A DNA stretch of 32,000 nucleotides. Source: an uncultured bacterium. Lineage in GTDB: Bacteria; Margulisbacteria; WOR-1; CAVSGV01. Below, one piece after another: positions 8,321 through 18,547 of the stretch. The notes under the pieces are model-generated. The model was not told the DNA's origin. It searched no databases and was given only the letters and a program-made list of their open reading frames with translations. The translations under genes were made by a program, and so were the position numbers. Positions within the stretch are counted from its first letter, which is position 1, and each line of letters starts with the position of its first letter. The DNA lies in NCBI GenBank assembly GCA_963699255.1, contig OY969425.1, forward strand, positions 60,001 to 92,000, given 5' to 3'.

Positions 8321-9398
8321 TAAACTCCGCTTTCAGCCGGGTTTCGGCCCATTCGCCCTCCGCAGTGGAATCCCAGATTATCCCGCCGCCTATTCCCATC
8401 TCGCAACTTTTACCTCGTACAAGTATAGTCCTGATGGGAACATTGAAATACATCCCGCCATCGGGAGATATGTACCCGATCGCCCCCGTGTAAACATTCC
8501 TTTCTTCCTTTTCGATCTCCCTGATGATCTCCATCGCGCGTATCTTCGGCGCGCCGGTGACCGACCCGGAAGGGAAAAGCGCGGACATCAGTCTTGAGAG
8601 CTTGATATCAGGCGGGACTTTAGCGGTGACCGTGGATGTCATCTGGAACAGAGTTTTATATGCCGTTACCTTGAACAGGTCCCGCCACGCGATATTTCTG
8701 CCTATCCTTCCCAGGTCATTCCGCAAAAGATCCGCTATCATTATGTTCTCAGCCCTGTTCTTTCCATCATGGAAGAACCTGCGCTTCTCGATAACATCGG
8801 ATATCGCATTTTTCCCCCTGCGCCACGTGCCTTTCATCGGCTCAGTTAGAATATGCCCGCAGTTTTTCTTTATAAAACGCTCCGGGGAAAGCGACAGGAC
8901 CTGGAATCCTCCCGCGTCGATGTAAGCGGGATAGGGGACAGGCTGGCGGCGTAAAAGCTCTTTGTACAGCGCGTACGGGTCGCCCTGAAGATCGAATTTA
9001 TATTTTACGCAGTATGTTATCTGATAAACATCGCCGTTCGATATGTGCCGGCGGATGAGTCCGATATTGCGGGAGTAATCTTCAAATGAAATATCCGGCC
9101 TTAGATCTTTGATGCCGAAGGTCCCGGGTTTCCTCGATGTTGACTCCTGGCCACAAGCATTTTTATAAACGCCGAAAATAAGAAGTGGGAGATCAGAAGG
9201 GATCGCTGTGTATAATTTTTCTTCAAGGCAATAGCCGGCTTCGTATGAAATGTATCCCGCCAGCCAGTATCCGGCGGCGGAAAGATCCTCCAGCTCCTTC
9301 AGCGCGGAATGAAAATGCTGCGGATCATAACAGGCCACGATCTTTTCCGGATCGCGGAAAAAAAGCGGTTTGTTCTCAAAACTGGCCTGGACTTCCAT
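8277..9398 (-). CDS. pabB: Aminodeoxychorismate synthase component I / anthranilate synthase component I family
   Basis: GDVYQITYCVKYKF, LSLSPERFIKK, GTWRRG, NLLRNDLGRIG-like region, FPSGSVTGAPKIRAMEIIREIE, GIGGGIIWDS. Confidence 0.88.
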   Translation of the reverse strand: MEVQASFENKPLFFRDPEKIVACYDPQHFHSALKELEDLSAAGYWLAGYISYEAGYCLEEKLYTAIPSDLPLLIFGVYKNACGQESTSRKPGTFGIKDLRPDISFEDYSRNIGLIRRHISNGDVYQITYCVKYKFDLQGDPYALYKELLRRQPVPYPAYIDAGGFQVLSLSPERFIKKNCGHILTEPMKGTWRRGKNAISDVIEKRRFFHDGKNRAENIMIADLLRNDLGRIGRNIAWRDLFKVTAYKTLFQMTSTVTAKVPPDIKLSRLMSALFPSGSVTGAPKIRAMEIIREIEKEERNVYTGAIGYISPDGGMYFNVPIRTILVRGKSCEMGIGGGIIWDSTAEGEWAETRLKAEFISCLAAEKKFALYS

Positions 9399-9610
9399 GG
9401 ACTTACTCCTTTAAGCCTGGGTGTCCCGGTTAAAGAGGAGTGAAGTTCATGGCCCGGACATGATTATATCACTTATAATTCCGGATGTAATTTCTTACCT
9501 TGTGAGCAACTGCTCGAAGCCGCGAGCCTGAAGGAATGTAAAAGAAAGTGGAAAGGAAATACCTTTTATGTAAAACAATGCAAAATGAAAACTAAAGTTA
9601 TCGTGACGAT

Positions 9611-9853
9611 GGGCTCTGCCCTTGCGTGGAAAGTATAGTGGTTCCATTAAGATATCTCTCTCATCCCGCCCATTTTCTTTCTGCAGCGAAAGAAAATGGG
9701 GGAAAAGAACGCCGACAGGGGACAAGCCCCCTGTACCCCCACGGCCTTGACTCGCCTTCTCGTCCTCACCAAGCTCGGCCTCGTACGGCTCAGACAGAAG
9801 GCCTAATAATGAAACCCCCTCTGTATCTCCCCCTTACAAAGGGGGAGAAGTTT
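9611..9853. repeat. Dispersed composite repeat, copy B, with hairpin tctccccctt-aca-aagggggaga
   Basis: Same order and orientation as copy A. The intervening sequence differs in length. Confidence 0.9.
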
Positions 9854-9988
9854 CGAACGCAAGCAAAAGAAAGTAAGAAGGAAAGGTATTATGTTTTTTT
9901 GAGTTAGAAACATGGAGCGAACTTTTTCTCTACAGCCAAGCAACACTAGCCCAATTCTAAGATTATGAAGGCTAGGTGGCCATGATGA

Positions 9989-10837
9989 TTACGAGCATAT
10001 ATAATTAATGATATGCTCCTCTAGGGTCCTTCCGATTTGATATGCGTCATTTCTTTCGATCACTTTTTTCAGAGCTTTTTCATCAAGGCATATTTCATCC
10101 ACGGCTTCAGACGCTGCCATAGCATCATTTTCCACAAGATATTTATAGAAGCTGAACGCCTTTTCAACGCCCAGTGACCGCACTACGGACCTGACGACCG
10201 CCTCGTCATCCTCCGGCAATTTGATCTGAAAAAGGTAGGGCTTGATGAAGAAGCCGGAAAGATCTTCAAGCCCCAGCTCTTTTACCGCTTTCATGATCAC
10301 AAGGTCTCCAAGCTTTACAAGCGATGCCGGGAGCGATGAGCCATATTTCCTGCTGTAATCCAATATGTTCGAGATCATCGGCGCGTCTTCTTTTATAAGC
10401 CATTCCATCCCTGTAAGCGCGTGCCTGAACGTTCTTCTGTCCGTGCCGGCCAGTGTGCCCAGGAAATCGATCGCTCCATCACTGTTATATCTGTAATAGG
10501 CGTGCCACATGCTCTTTGCGCGGTCCGCGCCGAACTCTTCAAATAAAGCGGCCGCTTTCTCCCTGTCCATGGAATGCAACAGCCGGCATTCTCTCGTGTC
10601 AAATGTATATCCTATCGTCAATTTGGGAAGCGTTTCGTTCAAGAATTTCTTTGCCTTATAATATCCGCGCGTTTCCAGGTCGCTTACGATAAAACTTTCT
10701 GTGCCGCAAAAAGGGAGCGACCTTTTTAATCCCCAGAACACCTTATCCGCTTTTCGCGCCCGCATCTTCACGAACCTGCGGACCCCCGCGGCTTTAAGAT
10801 TTGCCTTTATAATGGCGTTAAAAGATAACTCACTCAT
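9989..10837 (-). CDS. Hypothetical protein (282 aa)
   Basis: Long ORF without recognised motifs. Confidence 0.65.
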   Translation of the reverse strand: MSELSFNAIIKANLKAAGVRRFVKMRARKADKVFWGLKRSLPFCGTESFIVSDLETRGYYKAKKFLNETLPKLTIGYTFDTRECRLLHSMDREKAAALFEEFGADRAKSMWHAYYRYNSDGAIDFLGTLAGTDRRTFRHALTGMEWLIKEDAPMISNILDYSRKYGSSLPASLVKLGDLVIMKAVKELGLEDLSGFFIKPYLFQIKLPEDDEAVVRSVVRSLGVEKAFSFYKYLVENDAMAASEAVDEICLDEKALKKVIERNDAYQIGRTLEEHIINYICS

Positions 10838-10970
10838 CGTTTTTCCCCTTATTCAATGCTTGATCGAGCCGTATATATCTCGTTAAATTCCCCGAAAAAT
10901 CCCAGTATTTTTATAAAATTCTCATGACCCGGAGGCTGGCGGCAGTGGATAAGGGAGCAGGCAAAAGCGG

Positions 10971-11627
10971 TCAGTTCTGCAGGACTATCGCGGATCCGTC
11001 ATGATCGCCGGTGGTCAGCGTTTCGCTTGTGATCATATTGTCCAGAAAGACCTTGCGGGTCATCTTGAGCTCCGTTTTGCTTGTTATCCGGGCGGCGAAT
11101 TCTTCGCGGGCCTTCACGAACGACACATAATCATGCCCGCGCCGGTCCAGCTTCTCCCTGCTGAATGCGCCGGTAAAATAGAACTTCCCTTCGCTCTTAT
11201 ACGGCCCGAAGATCCTCCCGTGGTCGTTCTTGAATTCGGGAGGCCTGTCGGAGAAAGCATAGCGGTTTTTCCTCGGGATCTGCGGGTACAGCGATGTCCC
11301 GATGTATCCCGAATAACCCGATGAATGCCCCCTTCGGGGCTTGAAACCGGCTTCCGCGCAGTACTTGGATATCCTGCCTATGGCTTCTTCAGAGGTCTTT
11401 GACCTGCTGTCTATGATCACCACGTTTATCGGCTCCTTTATTTCTTTTCCATGGAATTTCAGCCCCAGCCAGTTCGCGGGCTTGTTAGAAGGCGTTATCA
11501 TCCATTTGCCGATGACCGGAAGCCCTTTGGGATGCGCCAGGTCGGAAGATGCGGGCTGGTACGCTGCGCCTGCAGCGTAAAAAGCCAGCGCGGCCAGGAA
11601 AATGATCACGATCGATCTCTTTCGCAT
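10971..11627 (-). CDS. Hypothetical exported or membrane-anchored protein (218 aa)
   Basis: N-terminus MRKRSIVIIFLAALAFYAAGAAY resembles a signal peptide or anchor; body unrecognised. Confidence 0.65.
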   Translation of the reverse strand: MRKRSIVIIFLAALAFYAAGAAYQPASSDLAHPKGLPVIGKWMITPSNKPANWLGLKFHGKEIKEPINVVIIDSRSKTSEEAIGRISKYCAEAGFKPRRGHSSGYSGYIGTSLYPQIPRKNRYAFSDRPPEFKNDHGRIFGPYKSEGKFYFTGAFSREKLDRRGHDYVSFVKAREEFAARITSKTELKMTRKVFLDNMITSETLTTGDHDGSAIVLQN

Positions 11628-11780
11628 CTTAACCTCTGCCCTCCGATCCTTCCTGATACATCCCCATCAACACGAGGCACGACCAAATTTATTATAACAC
11701 TTTTTGGCCATGTGAACAGTTCACGGCCCAAGTTATCCGTACACAGAGTGAAATTTCCATGAAGATATGACGACAAATAT

Positions 11781-12290
11781 ATGAGCGAGGAGCTGATTAA
11801 TATGGGGATACCTATAACATATATAAGAATAAGGACCGGGACAGGCGAGATCGTAGGGGGGACCAAGAGGAACGTTATTGACAGGCATGCCTTTAGCGCC
11901 CTGACCCCGGATATTTTGCGAAACATTAAATGTCTCCCGGGTAATATTCAGGATAAGCTGAAAATAATAAATCCGCTGGTCCGGATGCCGAAAGCGCCGT
12001 TACAATTCGCGTTACGGAAGATCGATCTTGATACACCGGTGACCTGCAGCGATTTTACGAAAAAATATGCTCCTAAACGTTTTGAGGAAGCGATAGCTTT
12101 TTTTAAAGAGTGTCTAAAGACATCGGACGCAAAGATAGGAGCAGCTTTGGGTGTTGAGGCGGATCCTTACGGGAGGACATGGCCGGGAGCCCATCTACAG
12201 CTGAACTTTCACACGTGGATCAAAGGGTCAATGGACCTGTCTAAAGATGTGATACACATCGATCTGTACAATATGTATTCACTGGCGTGA
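11781..12290 (+). CDS. Hypothetical protein (169 aa)
   Basis: ORF divergent from 10971-11627; no motif recognised. Confidence 0.55.
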   Translation: MSEELINMGIPITYIRIRTGTGEIVGGTKRNVIDRHAFSALTPDILRNIKCLPGNIQDKLKIINPLVRMPKAPLQFALRKIDLDTPVTCSDFTKKYAPKRFEEAIAFFKECLKTSDAKIGAALGVEADPYGRTWPGAHLQLNFHTWIKGSMDLSKDVIHIDLYNMYSLA

Positions 12291-12395
12291 TAGATAACTT
12301 GACCCGCCCCCGCGACCCTAGCCACTATTGATTTCTTTTCTTCGGGATAGGTGTATAATAAAATACAGCGATCAGGGATCCGGAGGAGGATAATC

Positions 12396-13511
12396 ATGAA
12401 TAAGCATCTGTTGGCTGTTTCCGTCACTCTATTGTGCCTCGCGTCTCTCGCCTTAACATTTACTATTTCCGGCTGCGGTTCCAACGCCACGGGAGGCGGC
12501 GGCAGCGGCGGAGGAGCCAGTGTCACAGCTACAGGAGAGGTATATATCACCGATTTTTTGAATAAAAGGGTTCTTGTCCTCTTGTCCAGCGGCGAGTCAT
12601 TCATTCAAGTGGCCACAATAGAACTGACCGGCGCATCAACTCCAAAATGGATGGCCATGAACCCGAGCGGCACAAAGCTGTATGTCGCGGATGAAGGAGC
12701 CAATAAAGTATTTGTGATAAATACAATAGGGAATACTGTTGAAGCTTCAGTTCCTGTATGTAGCACACCGAGAGGCATGGCTTTTAATGCTGACGCGAGC
12801 AAGCTCTTTGTCGCAACACCCGGCGATTGGGATATAGACATCATAGATACATCAAATAATACAAAAAGTGGTCCTATTTCGGTTGGCTCTATCTTCTCAT
12901 CAGATTTTTCCGATATAGCTTATGGCGGCGGTTATGATCAACTCTACGTTGCGGAAACAGGCCTGAATTCTGTTGAAGTTGTGGATACCCCCGGAGGTGC
13001 CGCCGTGATAGCCGGCTATATTCCCGTTCCTGCGCCGTATGAGATAATTAGTCACGATACCAGTACAGTCTACGGGATTGCGTATACGACATCACATGAT
13101 TCGGCCGCTCCATATCTAAGCGAAGTATATACGACCACTAAAAAGATCGTGCACACATGGGAATCTTCGGCGTCCTCAGCAACCCCCACTGCTTATCACG
13201 GGTTCCGCAGCCTGGTCTTTTCACCGGATAACAAGAAACTCTACGCGGCTGACCATGATTTCAGCTATATTGACAGTATGGGTATAACAACTTTCGAAAC
13301 TATGAAACCGATAAATTATATTTCCGGAGCGGCTGGTTCGGTCCCAGCTCCCGAACAGATCGCCGTATATCCGGACGGGAAGTACCTGGCAGTATTGAAC
13401 AGTTACGACACGAAAGAAGTCGTTTTACTGGATACCGTCCATAAAAAGAGGGTTGGGTCTTATGCGCTTCCATATACCGCTTCTTATTTCGGGATAGTGT
13501 ATAAGCCATAA
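12396..13511 (+). CDS. Lipoprotein with YVTN-type beta-propeller repeats
   Basis: ggaggagg RBS before ATG 12396; lipobox-like LTFTISGC; Gly-rich linker GGGGSGGG; repeats LYVADEGANKVFVINTIGNTVEASVPVCSTPRGMAFN and LFVATPGDWDIDIIDTSN. Confidence 0.8.
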   Translation: MNKHLLAVSVTLLCLASLALTFTISGCGSNATGGGGSGGGASVTATGEVYITDFLNKRVLVLLSSGESFIQVATIELTGASTPKWMAMNPSGTKLYVADEGANKVFVINTIGNTVEASVPVCSTPRGMAFNADASKLFVATPGDWDIDIIDTSNNTKSGPISVGSIFSSDFSDIAYGGGYDQLYVAETGLNSVEVVDTPGGAAVIAGYIPVPAPYEIISHDTSTVYGIAYTTSHDSAAPYLSEVYTTTKKIVHTWESSASSATPTAYHGFRSLVFSPDNKKLYAADHDFSYIDSMGITTFETMKPINYISGAAGSVPAPEQIAVYPDGKYLAVLNSYDTKEVVLLDTVHKKRVGSYALPYTASYFGIVYKP

Positions 13512-13525
13512 CAGAACGGGATAAG

Positions 13526-14254
13526 ATGGTTGATGTCTCCGTAGTTATACCTGTCCGCAATGAAGCGGGGACACTGAATGGCCTTCACTCCAGACTCAAA
13601 AAAGAGCTGGAAGCCCTCCGGAAAACATACGAGATCATCTATGTGAATGATTGCTCCGCTGACGATTCTGCGAATATACTCCATGCCATTCAGATGAAAA
13701 ACGAACATGTGAAGGTTGTCAATTTCGACAGGCATTACGGTCAGGCAAATGCCCTGCAGGCGGGATTCGATATCGCGCAGGGAAATATCATAGTTACTCT
13801 TGATGCTGATATGGAGAACGACCCCCTCGACATCGAACAGCTCGTCAACAGATTGAACGACGGCTATGACGCGGTGTGCGGAAGGCGCGTCGGGCGGCCC
13901 GTAAATTTAAAACTTCTTCTTTCCTGCTTGGGCAACTTTGTGTTCCGGCTCTTCTTTAGGACGCCCGTAAGCGACCTGGCATGCACCTTAAGGGCATACA
14001 AAAAGGAAGCAATAAAAGGCCTTGTCATAACCGGGACCCTCCACAGATATCTGCCCGCGCTTCTTTATATGAGAGGAGCGAAAGTGGCCCAGATAGAAGT
14101 GAGATACAAGATGAGAAGATACGGGAAAACAAAGTATAATGATTTTTCAAGGGCTATAAGCACCCTGAAAGACCTTTTTTGGATGATATTCGACCGGAAC
14201 AGGATATTGAACAATAAGATAAGAGGATATAAGATCCGGGAAATATGGCAGTGA
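13526..14254 (+). CDS. Glycosyltransferase family 2 (polyprenyl-phosphate sugar transferase-like)
   Basis: SVVIPVRNEAGTLNGL, YVNDCSADDS, GQANALQAGFDIAQGNIIVTLDADMENDPLDI. Confidence 0.88.
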   Translation: MVDVSVVIPVRNEAGTLNGLHSRLKKELEALRKTYEIIYVNDCSADDSANILHAIQMKNEHVKVVNFDRHYGQANALQAGFDIAQGNIIVTLDADMENDPLDIEQLVNRLNDGYDAVCGRRVGRPVNLKLLLSCLGNFVFRLFFRTPVSDLACTLRAYKKEAIKGLVITGTLHRYLPALLYMRGAKVAQIEVRYKMRRYGKTKYNDFSRAISTLKDLFWMIFDRNRILNNKIRGYKIREIWQ

Positions 14255-15696
14255 ATTTCTTAAAACGGTTAAAACAAAACAAAGAGCTCCAGATGATCCT
14301 CTCGATCATATTTGTCGGCGCTTTATTGAGGCTGCTGTCGCTTACTCGCGAAGGCCTATGGTACGACGAAGCGCTTACCGCCCTTTCCATGAAAATGCCG
14401 TTCGCCGAGATGCTGAAGGACAGGTTCGCGGCCGGCCATTCGCCCCTTTATTTCACGGGCCTGTATGTATGGAGCCGGTTCTTCGGCGCAAGCGAATTTT
14501 CCCTGCGATTCCCCTCGGCTGCCGCCTCGATAGTTTCGATATATTACTTCTGGCTGCTCGCAAGGAAGCTGTTCACCAATTACAAGGCCGCGGTATTGAG
14601 TACGGTTTTCTTCACTCTCAGCGCGCTGAACATATATTTCGCGCAGGAAGCGCGCATGTACAGCATGTCCGTGCTTTTCACCATAATGTCTTTCTATTAT
14701 TTCCTGGAGGCCCGGGACGGTCCGGGGATAAAGGGCTGGATCTATTATATCGCGTCCACCGCCGTTCTTTTGTATCTCAGCGCGTCCAATATCCTTATCA
14801 TCTTCGCGCAGATAGCTTATGTCCTGATAAAGAGGAAAAAAACCGCGGAATATTTCCTGTCGCTTGCCGTGACATGCGCCGCGTACCTGCCGATGGCGTT
14901 CTTTTATTTCAGCATGAAGAAGCTGGGTTTCATAGAATGGATCCCGCCTGTAACGATCAACACATTCCTCGAGTTGTTCTACGGATGGGGGTTCAAGCCT
15001 GTTCCGGTCGCGGGAGCCGGGGGATTATACCTGGCTTACCTTTATTTTGCGGAGCTTTTGAGCGTGTTCATGGTCGGGCCGATCATCGTTTTTGGCGCCG
15101 CGGTGTCGGCGTATGTGTCGTTCAGGAAGAAAAGGCTCGAGAGAGACGCTGACACGGCGATATTCCTTATTTTATGGCTTGTTCTCCCGATCCTTCTCGC
15201 GCTCCTTTATTCATGGCTGAAGCAGCCCGTCTTCGGTCCGAAGAGGTACCTGATAATGCTCTCGCCCGCGTATTACCTGCTTATCGCGCTCGGGCTTTCC
15301 AGGATAACATGGCGCAGGCTCAAGTACGGCCTGGCTTATCTTATTATCGCCATGTTCATTTTCACTCTCGGGATATTCTATGTCACGCCTACAAGGGAAG
15401 ACTGGAGAGGGGCGGTTTCTTCCATTGACCGCGAATTCACGCGGGGAGAGATCATATTCGGCGACCTCGCGACGGGCGTCATGTATCAGTATTACGGCAG
15501 GCATGCGGACGCCATCATCTGCGATGTCAGGTATATCAATGCGGGAATAGCGGGCAGAGGCTGGCTGCTCATGAGGACGAGGGATTTCGGGGCGATATTC
15601 GGCAGCGGCGATCTCATAACGCGGCATTTCAAAAATAAGGCATATCCGGGACATTTTGGCCTTGAACTGTACCACATAACCGGGAAGGCGCGCTAA
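14245..15696 (+). CDS. Membrane glycosyltransferase, GT39/ArnT-like
   Basis: GLWYDEALTALSMKMPF, HSPLYFTGLYVWSRFFGASEFSLRFPSA, multiple TM segments. Overlaps the GT2 gene by 10 bp. Confidence 0.85.
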   Translation: MAVNFLKRLKQNKELQMILSIIFVGALLRLLSLTREGLWYDEALTALSMKMPFAEMLKDRFAAGHSPLYFTGLYVWSRFFGASEFSLRFPSAAASIVSIYYFWLLARKLFTNYKAAVLSTVFFTLSALNIYFAQEARMYSMSVLFTIMSFYYFLEARDGPGIKGWIYYIASTAVLLYLSASNILIIFAQIAYVLIKRKKTAEYFLSLAVTCAAYLPMAFFYFSMKKLGFIEWIPPVTINTFLELFYGWGFKPVPVAGAGGLYLAYLYFAELLSVFMVGPIIVFGAAVSAYVSFRKKRLERDADTAIFLILWLVLPILLALLYSWLKQPVFGPKRYLIMLSPAYYLLIALGLSRITWRRLKYGLAYLIIAMFIFTLGIFYVTPTREDWRGAVSSIDREFTRGEIIFGDLATGVMYQYYGRHADAIICDVRYINAGIAGRGWLLMRTRDFGAIFGSGDLITRHFKNKAYPGHFGLELYHITGKAR

Positions 15697-15817
15697 AGAG
15701 CGATCTGCCTTATTGACGGGGATTCCTTTGTCCTGCTTTTCCGCCTTAGGCGTATATGCCTCACTCCCAAAAACTGTTTGACTTACGACCTGTTTTTTTG
15801 ATACACTTACTGAATAA

Positions 15818-16534
15818 ATGGGCGAAAGAAGAGATCTAAGGGATTTACTTAAAGACGCGGACTTCACGCAAAAACGGATAATTGACGATCTTGCGAGTTC
15901 CGATGCCGAATCCGATTCTCCGAGGCGGGGAGTGGCGAGGGACATCAGAAAATCCGAAGGGGGAGATTTTATAAAGAACGTTTTTATAGGCCTTCTCCTT
16001 GTGGGCATAGTCGTGGGAAGCTTCTGGGTCTCCTTCCTTATAGGCAAAAAAGTCCTCGTCCCGCCGGTCAAAAATCTCCAGCCATTTGAGATGCCGGCCC
16101 CAAAGGCCATTTCCATGTCGGACATAGAGAAAGCCACTCCTGTTCAGGGTGAACCTGCCATTCAGGAAAAAGAGGTCAAGGAAGTCGAGGTCAAAGCAAC
16201 ACTGCCCAAGCCGGTCGCGGCCAAAAAAGTCACGGCCGCAAAAAAGATCGGAGCCGCGGTCAAGTCCTCGAAAGTTAAGTCTGCCATAAAGACGCCGGTC
16301 GCAAAAACAAAGGGCGCTAAACATTGCAAGGTCATAGTCGGGACATATAAAACGCCGGCTGAAGCGAACGTCCTGGTGGCGGCGTTAAAACAAAAAGGTT
16401 TTCAGTCCTATGTGAAAGCGCTGTCGGGCCTTTACAGGGTCCAGTCCGGGGCATTTGACAGCAAGGCAAAAGCAGGTCCGCTGGTGGTTAAATTAAAGAA
16501 TAAGGGATTCACCCCCACGGTAATTGTTGAATGA
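15818..16534 (+). CDS. Single-pass membrane protein with C-terminal SPOR domain
   Basis: TM FIGLLLVGIVVGSFWVSFLI; Lys/Ala/Val-rich linker; C-terminal KVIVGTYKTPAEANVLVAALKQKGFQSYVKALSGLYRVQSGAFDSKAKAGPLVVKLKNKGFTPTVI. Confidence 0.8.
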   Translation: MGERRDLRDLLKDADFTQKRIIDDLASSDAESDSPRRGVARDIRKSEGGDFIKNVFIGLLLVGIVVGSFWVSFLIGKKVLVPPVKNLQPFEMPAPKAISMSDIEKATPVQGEPAIQEKEVKEVEVKATLPKPVAAKKVTAAKKIGAAVKSSKVKSAIKTPVAKTKGAKHCKVIVGTYKTPAEANVLVAALKQKGFQSYVKALSGLYRVQSGAFDSKAKAGPLVVKLKNKGFTPTVIVE

Positions 16535-16544
16535 AGCAATGATC

Positions 16545-16612
16545 CAATGAACAATGACACAATGACCAATTAATGTGTCATTTATAATATACCCTTCCTT
16601 AATTGTTCATTG
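16545..16612. repeat. AT-rich inverted-repeat module upstream of mreB
   Basis: caatgaacaat (16545-16555) / attgttcattg (16602-16612) and aatgacaca (16553-16561) / tgtgtcatt (16574-16582) are perfect arms. Confidence 0.75.
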
Positions 16613-16647
16613 TATAATTGTGTGATTGTTAATTAGGAGGATTTAAT

Positions 16648-17691
16648 ATGGGTGCTTTTGATTTTGTTTTCGGTTATTTTTCAAGGGATCTCGGCATCGA
16701 TCTCGGTACCGCCACGACCCTTGTATACGCGAAGGGCGAGGGGATAATATTATGCGAGCCCTCGGTCGTTGCCATTGAAAAGGAAAAAGGGAAGGTCATC
16801 GCCATAGGCAATGAGGCGAAGGGAATGCTGGGCAGGACGCCGGGGAACATCATCGCGATCAGGCCGATGAGGGACGGCGTAATAGCTGATTTTGAGGTGA
16901 CCGAAATGATGCTCCGCCATTTCATAAGCAAGAGCCACAACAGGACGGCTTTCGTGAGGCCGCGCATCGTTATCGGGGTCCCGTCAGGCATAACCGGAGT
17001 CGAGAAACGCGCGGTCCTTGACGCGGCGATGCACGCCGGGGCAAGGGAAGCTTATTTAATTGAAGAACCAATGGCCGCAGCTATCGGCGCGAACCTTCCG
17101 GTCTCGGAACCGGCAGGCTCGATGATAGTTGATATCGGCGGCGGCACGACCGAGGTCGCGATACTGGCGCTGGGCGGCATAGTCGTTTCCAAATCGATAA
17201 GGGTGGCCGGCGATGAGATGGATGAGGCGGTCGTTGCCCACTGCAGGAAAAATTATAATTTGCTTATCGGAGAGAGGACTGCGGAACAGATAAAGATAGA
17301 TATCGGTTCTGCGTATCCTCTGGGCGAAGAGCGCACCGTTGAGGTCAGGGGAAGGGACCTTGTCACGGGACTTCCGAAGACGCTGACGCTTACTTCCTCC
17401 GAGGTCAGGGACGCCCTGTCAGAGCCTGTCGCTACAATAGTTGACGCGGTCAGGATGACGCTGGAAAAAACCCCGCCGGAACTTGCGGCGGATATCATTG
17501 ACAGGGGTGTCGTGATGGCAGGAGGGGGATCGCTGCTGAGAGGACTGGATAAGCACCTGAGCCAGGAGACCGACATGTCCGTCTATGTCGTTGACGACCC
17601 GATGTCGTGCGTCGTTTACGGCTGCGGAAAAGTCCTCGACGAGCTCGAGACCCTTAAGAAATTCCTGATCACATCCAAAAAGAACGTATAA
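16648..17691 (+). CDS. mreB: Rod shape-determining protein MreB
   Basis: [66 protein letters not shown]. Confidence 0.97.
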   Translation: MGAFDFVFGYFSRDLGIDLGTATTLVYAKGEGIILCEPSVVAIEKEKGKVIAIGNEAKGMLGRTPGNIIAIRPMRDGVIADFEVTEMMLRHFISKSHNRTAFVRPRIVIGVPSGITGVEKRAVLDAAMHAGAREAYLIEEPMAAAIGANLPVSEPAGSMIVDIGGGTTEVAILALGGIVVSKSIRVAGDEMDEAVVAHCRKNYNLLIGERTAEQIKIDIGSAYPLGEERTVEVRGRDLVTGLPKTLTLTSSEVRDALSEPVATIVDAVRMTLEKTPPELAADIIDRGVVMAGGGSLLRGLDKHLSQETDMSVYVVDDPMSCVVYGCGKVLDELETLKKFLITSKKNV

Positions 17692-17719
17692 GATAACGGC
17701 AGAAACCGGTTAGAGGGTT

Positions 17720-18544
17720 ATGTATTATTACGAAAGCGGCAGAAAAAGAAAAGGCGTGTATTTTTGGATCGTCATTCTGATTTTGCTGGTCGTGTTCCTG
17801 AATACGCCCCCCGTCAGGAGATCAAAGCCTCTCCACATTTTTAAAGCCCTGGCAAGCAACGCGTTGTTCCCGTTCAAATATGTTTTTAACGGCATATATG
17901 TGAACTCAACCTCCGGCGTCCGTGAATTTTTCAGACTGAAGGGCGTACAGAAGGAGAACGAGGCATTAAAGAACGAGATAAACGGATACAAGGCGCAGAT
18001 CGTACTTCTCAACGGGCTTTCAGTCGAAAATGAAAAGCTCCGCAGCGCGCTTTATTTCCGGTCCAGGAGCTTCATCCCGAGACTTTTGCCGGCGGAGATC
18101 ATCGGAAGGTCCGGCAGCAACTGGTTCAATGTGGTGGAGATAAACAGGGGGTCGGAGGACAAAGTAGCGCCTGACTGCGCGGTGATAAATGAAGAGGGCC
18201 TTGTCGGAAGGGTCTTTGAGGCATCCCGATTTTCCTCCAAGGTCCTGCTTATCACGGACCCTTCTTCGGCCGTTTCCGTGGTTGATGCGGAAACAGGGGA
18301 TATGGGCATCGCGTCGGGCAATGCCATGGGGCCGCTCAGGATACTGTACATATCGGCCACGGCCGCGATAAAAGAGGGTGACAGGATCGCGACATCCGGC
18401 ATGAGCGACATTTTCCCGAAAGGCGTCACCGTGGGAGTTGTAAGGTCCGTAAGCAAGAAAGATTATGATATTTTTCAAAAGGTGAGCGTCGGCACGGCCG
18501 TGAACTTTTCAAGGCTAGACAAGGTCTTTGTCATCACAAAATAA
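17720..18544 (+). CDS. mreC: Rod shape-determining protein MreC
   Basis: N-terminal TM, coiled-coil KENEALKNEINGYKAQIVLL, INRGSEDKVAPDCAVINEEGLVGRVFE, VTVGVVRSV; follows mreB. Confidence 0.93.
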   Translation: MYYYESGRKRKGVYFWIVILILLVVFLNTPPVRRSKPLHIFKALASNALFPFKYVFNGIYVNSTSGVREFFRLKGVQKENEALKNEINGYKAQIVLLNGLSVENEKLRSALYFRSRSFIPRLLPAEIIGRSGSNWFNVVEINRGSEDKVAPDCAVINEEGLVGRVFEASRFSSKVLLITDPSSAVSVVDAETGDMGIASGNAMGPLRILYISATAAIKEGDRIATSGMSDIFPKGVTVGVVRSVSKKDYDIFQKVSVGTAVNFSRLDKVFVITK

Positions 18545-18547
18545 CGA

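Noticed and set aside
14358-15152. 264-aa plus-strand ORF inside the GT39 gene in another frame
   Set aside because: Shadow frame of a confident membrane glycosyltransferase; His/Arg-rich artefactual composition.
15211-16137. 308-aa minus-strand ORF across the GT39 3' end and SPOR gene
   Set aside because: Antisense shadow of two supported genes with no recognisable domain.
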